From Lama guanicoe (Eukaryota): a DNA stretch of 64,000 nt. The notes under the pieces are model-generated. The model had not been told where the DNA came from and searched no databases. It saw only the letters and a program-made list of their open reading frames with translations. Positions 55,570-64,000 of the stretch are shown one piece after another (the first letter of the stretch is position 1; every line of letters starts with the position of its first letter). Location of the stretch: the NCBI GenBank assembly GCA_013239625.1, contig MU054212.1, positions 8,331,084 through 8,395,083 of the forward strand, in the 5' to 3' direction. Position numbers and translations under genes: made by a program.

Positions 55570-58500
55570 AAGTCTTTGGGTAGGCATATGTTTTCATGTG
55601 CTTATTAATTATTTGAATGTCCTTGGTGAAATATCTATTAAAATCTTTTGCCCATTTTTTAATTGAGTTTTTGACTTACTGAATTGTAAGAGTTCCTTAT
55701 ATATTCTAAATAAATATCCTTTATCAGACATAGATTTGCAAATGTTTTCTCGTAGACTGTGGTTTGTCTTTTTATTTTCTTAATGGTATCTTTTGAAGAG
55801 CAAAATTTCAAATTTTGATAAAGCTCAATTTATTAGTTACTTCTTTTGTTATCATACTATGTGCTTTTTGTACAATATTTAAGAACTCTTTACCTAACCC
55901 AAGGGCACAAAGATTTCATACAATGTTTTATAGTTTTTGCTTTTACTTTTAAGCCTGTAATTAATTTGGGGAGTTAATTTTTGTGTGTCATGAGGTAAGG
56001 GTCTAAGTTCATGTTTCTGCATATGGGTATCCAGTTGTCTCAGCAACATTTATTGAAGACCATTCTTTTTCATCAGAACTACTGTGGCACTTTTGTTGAA
56101 AATCAATTGACTATAAATATAAGGGTTAACTTCTGAACCCTCAGTTCTGTTCCAATTATCTGTATGTCTATCTTTATGCCAGTACCACATTTTCTTGATT
56201 ATTATGGCTTTGTAGGAAGTTTTAAAATCAGTCAGGTAGTGTGAGTCCTTCAAGTTTGTTCTCCTTTTAAAAAATTGTCTTGACTAATCTAGGTCTTTTA
56301 CATTCTCATGTACATTTTAGGATTGGCTTGCCAACTGCAGTTCTGCTGGGATTTAGATAAAGACTATTGGCCAGTGTGGGGAGGACTGCCGTCTTAATGA
56401 TACTGTTTCAATTCATGAAGATGGAATGTGTCTCCATTTATTTATATCTTTAAATTCTCTTGTATTCTCTTTAAATTTTCTTTTTAGTGTACAGGTCTTG
56501 CACTTCTTGAGTTAAATTTACTCCTAAGTGTTTTATTCTGTCAGATGCTATTGTGAATGGGATTTTCTTAGTTCCATTTTTGGACTGTTCATTGTGAGAA
56601 TACAGGAAAAATTGATGTATTGTATATTGATCTTTTATCCGGAGATTTTCTCCATACCAGGTTATGTTGTCTGTGAATAAAAACAGTTTTTCTTTTCCAA
56701 TCTGCGTATAATGCATTTGGTTGATATTTCCTGTTTCATTGTTCTGGCCATGGAACCTCCAGTATTATGCTGAATATGTGAGAACAGATACCCTTTGCTT
56801 TCACCTTATTTGTGTCGTGGAACTGAAAGTGTGTGTCTTCCAGACAGCATATGATTGGATTTATATGACATTCTAACAATCCCTGACTTTTGACTGGAAT
56901 ATTTATTATTAATGTAATATTAATATGGTTGGATTTCTGTATGGTATTTTGCTATTTGTTTTCTGTATGCCTCATGTCTTTTTTTTTTACTCCTTACTCC
57001 CTTCTTTGTGTTAAACAAATAATTTTATATAGTATATTTCATTCCTTGGTTGATTTTTAAACTATACTTTTGAGTTTTTGTCTTAGTATTTGCTTTAGGA
57101 ATCACAATATGCATTTTAACATTATCACAGCCTACCTCAGATTAATATTAACTTAATCTAGTAAAATATAGCAATTTTGTTTCAATATAGTTTCATTTTC
57201 TCCATGCCACACTTTTAAACTGTTAGTGTCATGTATATTACTACATCTATACATGTTATAAAACCCAAAATACACTTGCTTTATATAATCTTATGCCATT
57301 TAAAGAAATAATAGGGAAAAATGCATATTCAGTAAGTATTTTATAAATACCCACAGTTTTGTCATTTCCAGTTTTCATTTCTTCTTGTGAATCCAAATTA
57401 CCAAATTGAAGTAATTTTCTTCCTTCTGAAGGACTTCTTTAGTATTTTTTGTAAGACTTTTCTGTTAGCATCACATTGTCTCAGTCTTTGTGTATCTGAG
57501 AATATCTTTATTTCACTTTCACTTTTGAAGGATAGTTTTGCTGGGTATAGAACTCTTGGCTGAGAGTTGTTTCTTTTAGCACTCTGAGTATGTCGTTCCA
57601 CTGCTTTCTGGCCTCCGCTGTTCCTGATGAGATTTAGCCATTATTTGTGCTGTTCCTTTTTATGATTAGTTTTTCTCTGATTACTTTCAAGATTTTCTGT
57701 TAGTTTTCTGCTTTGAAGAGTTTGATATGACTGAAGATCATATCATTTGTGTTTTTCCCACTTGGGGTTCATTGGTATTTTGGGATCTATAAATGAATGC
57801 TTTTATCAAATTTGAGAGATTTTCAGCCATTATTTCTTCAAATTTTTTCCCATTCCTCTGGGACTCCCATTATGTAGTTGGTATGCTTGCTAATTGTTCC
57901 ACAAGTCTGTGAGGTGGTTTTTCTACAGTATTTTTTCTCTTTGTTTTTCAGATTGAATAACATTCTATTGATCCATCTTCAAATTCAGATTTCTTCTTCA
58001 GATATTTCAAACCTACTGCTGATCCCATATAATAAAAGTTTCATTTTATTATTGTAGTTTTCAACTGTAGAATTTCCATTTCGCCCTTTAAAAAAAACTA
58101 TTTTTTATTGATATTCCTACTGGTTGAGTCATTTTAATAATATTTTCCTCAAATTCTTTAAACATAGTTTCCTTTAGTTTTTTGAAATACTTAAAATAGC
58201 TTTGAATTCTTTGTCTTCTAAAATCCAACATCTGGGCCACTCAAAGACAATTTCTACTGACATTTTCCCCCCAAGTGTGGGTTGCACTTTCTTGTTATTT
58301 TGCGTAACTTGTAATTTTTTGTTGAATATTGGATATTATGGATAATATAACAACTCTAGATTCTGTTTTCTTTTTATCTTTGGAAATTCTTAGCTGTTAC
58401 TGATTTTTGTTTGTTGATAGCTTTCCTGGACTTGATCTGCAGAATCTGTCACCCTACAGTGTGCATCTGCTTATGATTCTGCTCAGTTTTGGGTTTTTTT

Positions 58501-59180
58501 TTCAATTCTTATTTGAGGGTCACTGCTTCTTTGGGTCACCTCTGTGTTTGCATAGCTTAATGGTCACTCGATAACTGATCAGAAATTATGCTTAAACACC
58601 ACTCTCTGCTGGTGGATCTGTATTTGAATTGGGGATGTATTCAAGTTTGGCAATTTTCAACTCTGCCCTGGCTGTTTCTTTAACACCAGGCCCTCTTGGT
58701 CTCCACTGTGCATGCACATAGGCTCCCAGGCAGCCATGGTTATGTCAAATGCTTACCAAAACTTCAGTTGCTGTCTCATTTCCAGGATCTCCCTGTTCTA
58801 TTTCTGGCTGGTCTTATACTGCTCAGATTGCAACTTTAGGCTAGGAGATCTGCAGATTTTTCCCATTTGCTGCTGTCTATGGCTTTCCACTCCTTACTCC
58901 AAATCAAGTGAAAGTCAGTCCTGTCCTGGTGGAACAACCAGGCTGACCAGGGTGGGTTGGAGGATGGAGTCAGTCCCAGGCAAGGTGGTCACATATCCTC
59001 ACTGTTTTTACCTGAATTTCCACAGTTTTTGATGATGATTTATTTCTCAATTTGTTGTCTGCCTGTGGCCAATTTCCAGAACCATGAAATGACTGGTTCT
59101 TTTTACAATTATATCCAGTTTTATAGTTGATTTTAGTGGGGAGAATTTGTTGATCTCTTTACTCCTTCATGGCTGAAAGT
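55570..59180 (-). mobile_element. Old L1M remnant (ORF2 3' part, internal deletions, ORF1 and 5' region)
   Basis: ORF 56050..56253 (DFKTSYKAIIIKKMWYWHKDRH) is ORF2; ORF 57398..57601 (QPRVLYPAKLSFKSESEIKIFSD) is the ORF1 C-terminus. Confidence 0.88.
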
Positions 59181-59297
59181 TGGACCCACATACAATGTAT
59201 TTTTAAAGAAATACATTTTATTCTTTTGAAGCATGACATGTTATCATTTTAACTATGAATGAGTGCTAATAAATAAAGCTAAATTTAGAAAAATTGA

Positions 59298-59333
59298 ATA
59301 ATTTCTCAGCCTTTTGGCTAAGATCAGATGTAG
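59298..59333 (+). pseudogene. 3'-truncated U2 snRNA retro-pseudogene (U2 nt 1-36)
   Basis: ATAATTTCTCAGCCTTTTGGCTAAGATCAGATGTAG matches U2 ATCGCTTCTCGGCCTTTTGGCTAAGATCAAGTGTAG at 30/36. Flanked by an imperfect target-site duplication TAGAAAAATTGA / TAGAGAAATTGT. Confidence 0.85.
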
Positions 59334-60696
59334 AGAAATTGTAGTTCACAATAAGGTGACTTTGACATTTCATGATCAGAAACAGAAAATCTTTTCAAAA
59401 GGTATTTTGAAATAATTCCTAAGATTTCAAGTCTTGGACTTGAAAAATCTATCTGAATAGCAAGAGTCTCATATTTTTACAGCAGGAAATTATTTTAAAC
59501 ATTTAATCTAGCAACAAGCATATGAATGAACTAGAGTCTAAATTGAAGAATTCCAAATTTATTCCTGACTTGGTTGTTATTCTGGCATAAGATAAATATT
59601 TCCCTGGTGTCCTGTGAGGGATTGAGGGAGTGTGGGGGCCATGATTTATATATTTTCCATCCTCTTTTAAAAGGATTCAGCTGTAATGACTGTGGCATCA
59701 GGGTAACATAGAAGTCTGCCAGTACACCAGGACTGTGGCCATTTCAGGTACTCAGCCACACCACCTCCCCTGGGTCCTTTCCAGCTCCCCTCTTGCCCCT
59801 AGCTCTGGATGGGGACATGGGAAGAGGGGCTGCAGGATCTAGAGGACATCCAGCCCTGGTCTCAGAGGCCACAAAGTCACCAGGGGAGACAGACATTCCA
59901 GGACTCTGGAAGCAGGGCAAAGAGTCATCCCTGAGGAGGATGAGGGGACATCTGAGAATGAAGGCCTTCTTACTGGAACCACCACAAACTTGTCTCTGGT
60001 GAAGTTTGAAGCCATTGACCTTTCCCTTCTACCTGAAGCTCTCCTTCCTTGTTTTTCCTGCAAGCTCATGTTTTCATCATGGACTCACTCATCTTTCCTT
60101 AAGTCTCACTTTTTCCTCAAGAGGAGCTCCAAGGTTCATCTTTGTCTCCATAGGCTCAGAGCATCACATAATCTGCACCCTCATATTGATGATTCCCTTC
60201 TTGATCTTTTGCCTCTACTTCAATTCCAGGTGACTCCTGATTTGTCCCCTTCATCCTGCCCTGCCCAGCCCTGGGAGAGTCTGTTTCCCACGTTACTTCT
60301 CTGCTCTGGACTGAATGGCCTCCTACTGCCTACTGAACCTAGTCCAGGTCCTGGGTCTTCCAAGACCTGGCCTGGCCTTACCTATCCTGCTTACTTCCCA
60401 GCTGGACAGTGTGATGGCCATGGGGTGAGGGACATAGAGAAGGCCAGTCATTCAGGCCTGCACAGCCATGACTATATCACTAACAAAAATGCCCTAGCTT
60501 TAGGAGCATAACAGTTCTTTTTACTTGAAATCATGTAACAGAGGCACTCAGAGTAAAGCATGTTTTTAAGGGTATCAATGGGAGTGATTCAGAGTCAGCA
60601 GATCCAGGGTGTGGATGTGAGCTCAGAATGGCATCTCTTGTGCAAGATCCAGTCCCACAGCTGCCCAGGGCATTCTAACCACTTTTTCTTTCCTGG

Positions 60697-61150
60697 TGTT
60701 TGGGGTTGAATGTGTGCCCCTAAAAGATATGTTGAAGTCCTGACCCCAAGTACCTCAGAATGTGACCTTATTTGGAAATAGGGTCATTGTGGATGTAATT
60801 AGTTAGGATGAAGTTGTTGGGGTGGGCCCTAATCCAGTAGGACTGGAAGGTGATGTGAAGACAGACACACAGGGAGAACACCATGTAGAGACATGGACAG
60901 ACACAGGGGAGGCAGCCACGTGAAGATGGAAGCACAGATCAGAATGATACTGCTGTGATCCAGGGAACACCCAGGGCTATGAGAATGTGGGAGAAGCAAG
61001 AAGGATCCACCCCTAGAGACTTCAGAGAGGGGCCCAGCTGCCAGCTTGATTCTAGATTTCTAGCCTCCAAAACGGTGAGAGAAGAAAGTTCTGATGCTTT
61101 AAACCAGTTTGTGGTACATCATTACAGTAGTCCTGGGAAACTGATAAACA
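60697..61150 (+). mobile_element. MLT1B/C-like solo LTR
   Basis: TG...gggttgaatgtgtgcccc...gaatgtgaccttatttggaaatagggtc...gggtgggccctaatcc...cctgggaaactgataaaCA. Confidence 0.88.
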
Positions 61151-62664
61151 TGATACGCAGGCTTCGTCAAACTTTCTTCTCTTTGTCTTCACAGTTCTCA
61201 TGCCTGTTCCCAGCCTAGGACACCAGCCTGGCTGCCAGGTCCTCTTCTGGGCCACATGATCATGTCATGTGGGAGTCAGAGATAATGGGAAGCAGGATCA
61301 CTTTATATACTTGGATTTTAAAAAGATAGCCTTTCTATATTTCTCACAACTTCTCACACTTCCCAGCATCTGGTGTGCTGCAGCAGAAAGTATCTTTCAT
61401 GCTCGCTGTGAAATCATAGCTATTTCTCAGGCTGTGCTGAAGAACTAGCCAGGCCTGACTCTGTGATTCTGTGCATAAGAGAAATGATAGGAGTATGAGA
61501 CTGGTGTCCTGGGTTCAAAATGTTGTCCTTGGGTGAGGCTGGGTGGGGAGTGGGCTGAATGGTGTGATGCTGGCTTCTGTGACAGCATCTCTGGACCCTG
61601 TCCCACCTACTGCGTCAGGGCATTCGCACAGGCTGCTCCCTCTGCTGGAGACCCTACCCTGGCTCCTGATCCCACTGTATGTCTCAACCTCAGTGTCACC
61701 TTCTTACCTAAGGGGCGCTAATGTCCCCCTCCCCACACAATCCACCTCCATTCTTTGCTTGCTTCATAACCTCCATTACAATTGGTCATTATTTTATTTA
61801 TTTGTCTTCTCACTTGTTTTTTGCCATAATGAGTATAAGAGCTAGGCCAGCTTTACCCACCACTGCACCCCTGGTAGCGGGCACCGGTCCCCAGCACATG
61901 TCAGGGGCTCAAAACCTCCTGCGAAATGCATTCCTACCTGGAAGGCTCAGTGATGTACATGCAGACACCTGGACACCATCACGGGCGTTTTTGTCTTTAC
62001 TATAATAAAACACTAGGCTCCCATACCTGCCTGCCCCTGGCCCTGAGGCTTAACGAGTTAGTTGCAGCCTGAGGTCCCCGTCCTTAGCCAGCTCCTCCTC
62101 TTTACCTTCATGACTCTCATCCTCCACTCTGCCGTATGCTCTCCGTGGGTCACTGGTGTAGACTTGTGGTTTTGGGGTCCAGTGCTTCTTTGAGAAGCTT
62201 CTGCACATATTACCAAAGATCTGTGTGCACACACACCCAGGAGAGTGACAGATGGCCCACCAGGGTGGAGGAGACAGTAGGGGTCCTCCAGAATGCCTGC
62301 AGCAGCCCGCTCACTGCCTCCCTGCTTCTGCTCTGCGCCTGCAGTCTGTTTTCCACTCAGGAGCCAGAGGGGTCTGTTAAAGGGAAGTCAGCCCACATCA
62401 CCCTGCTGCTCAGAACTGTCTGCATCTCCCCCCACCACAAAGGGTGAAAGCCAGGACCTCACTGTGCCCACCAGGGGCCAGCTCCCTCTGACTCATCTCC
62501 TGTGCCCTCCTCCTCACTCAAATTGTTCCTTGGTGCCCCCTGAGCATGCCACATGCTCTTCTGCAGCAGGGCCTCTGCCAGGGACAGTGTCCACCCAGGT
62601 GAATGCATCTCTCAAGTCTTAGTTCAAATGCCACCTTCTCAGTGGGTCCACTTGGGTTACCCTG

Positions 62665-63325
62665 TTTTTTTAATTAAACTTTTTATTGTGAGACAATTCA
62701 GAATCACATGTAGTTACAGGAAATAACACAGAAATATCTCCTGTGCCCTTTACCCTGTTTACCCGCAATGGTGACATCTTGCTAACCTACAGCACAACAG
62801 CACAACAGGACAACAGGACAACAGGATGCTGGTACTGATACAGTCAAGATACAGGGCATTTCCATCCCCACGAGGATCCTCATGCTGCCGTTTCATAGCC
62901 ATGCACACTCCCCTCTGGCCCCCATTCCAGATACCCAGCAACCACTCATCTCTGTTCCATTTCTATAACTTTCTCATTTCAAGAATGTTCTGTACATGGA
63001 AGCATATAGTATGCAACCTTTTGGGATTGACTTTTTCACTCGGAATAATTCTCTGGAGGTTCCTCCAGGTTGTCGGGGGTATGAGTGGTTCATTCATTTT
63101 TGTTGCTGAGTAGTGTTCCACGGTGGGGAGGCACCAGTGTGTCTGATCATTCACCTGATGAAGAACAGCTGGGTTACTTCCAGTTTGGGGCTGTTACGAG
63201 TAGAGCTGCCATGGAAATTCATGTGTAGGTTTTTGTGTGGACACAAATTTTCGTTTCTCTAGGATAAATGCCTGAAAGTGCTAGGTTGCATGTTAATTGC
63301 ATGTTTAATTTTTAAGGAAACTCTG
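62665..63325 (-). mobile_element. L1MB-like 3' end inserted in a LINE-2 (L2 at about 62340-62664 and 63330-63600)
   Basis: ttttattgtgagacaattcagaatcacatgtagtt...ccctttaccctgtttacccgcaatggtgacatcttg; the flanks have L2 motifs (caaatgccaccttctcagtg). Confidence 0.8.
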
Positions 63326-64000
63326 GCCATTTTATTCTGATCTGCAGCCTCCCTCCACACACCCCAAAATATCCAACACCTTTTACCCCTGCTTTACTTT
63401 TATCTTTTCCACAGCAGTTCACCTTCTAATGTACTATATATTGGGCTTATTTATTTATGATGTGTGTTGTGTTTGACCTATCTGCCCTATCCCCCTCAAA
63501 GTCTTTCTGGGCCTGAGCCAGCATTAGGAACACCAATGTAGGCACGAGATCTGAAGTCAGGCCTTGGACCAGCAACCTCCTTCCGAGGAAAGCTTGCTGG
63601 GATCTTGAGGGCACACAAAGGCCAATGTGTCCACGAACTGCGTAATGTGGTTGTGATGATGAGACAGACTGTGCACAAACTCCCCCGCTGAAGTGGTCCA
63701 CTAGGTTTACAAGCCAGTCACATTGAGTGCAAATACCAAATTAGTGCTATCCCCAAAACAAAACTTAGTGTGCAAGAAAGTTATAACTCAGAAACTCTGT
63801 TGATCTATGACCTGGCCAAGCAGAGCTGCGGTCTGCACAGACCCTCAGCCCCGGCCCAGCAGTGCTTCTCGGCATCACCAGACCCAGGGAAGGGAGTCTT
63901 TGCAAATGAGCAGAAAGGATTCTAGTTAGAAACATTCAGAGAGCCCCAGAGGCAGGAGAATCAAGACAGGTCTGTATTTCATGCTGAAAAGTGAAAACCA

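Noticed and set aside
59990..60511. 173-aa ORF
   Set aside because: Non-ATG start, Leu/Ser/Pro-rich pyrimidine DNA, no domain and no supporting exon structure.

Overview
This is mammalian genomic DNA, probably from a camelid, since two tRNA-Ala-derived vic-1-type SINEs are present. The window holds two tandem paralogous SCAN-domain C2H2 zinc-finger genes on the minus strand. ZNF24 has CDS join 13979-14517, 16622-16769, 16998-17417 (368 aa, 4 fingers). ZNF396 has CDS join 28265-28776, 29595-29739, 30008-30427 (358 aa, 3 fingers plus an odd tail). Each gene has a CpG-island promoter and a non-coding first exon. The rest is mostly interspersed repeat (L1, L2, MIR, MLT1, LTR16, ERVL, MER20, MER58), plus a 36-nt U2 snRNA retro-pseudogene and a possible unidentified processed pseudogene. 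I found no support for a wholly new biological system. The strongest observations are gene-level: (1) both paralogs share an ETS + GC-rich + RFX X-box promoter module at near-identical spacing; (2) the last finger of ZNF396 looks chimeric and is fused to a relic finger; (3) a strong cassette exon would give a SCAN-only ZNF396; (4) a lineage-specific SINE supplies the first AATAAA downstream of ZNF396; (5) there are signs of antisense transcription inside the ZNF396 CpG island. Repeat boundaries and subfamily names were recognised by eye and are approximate.
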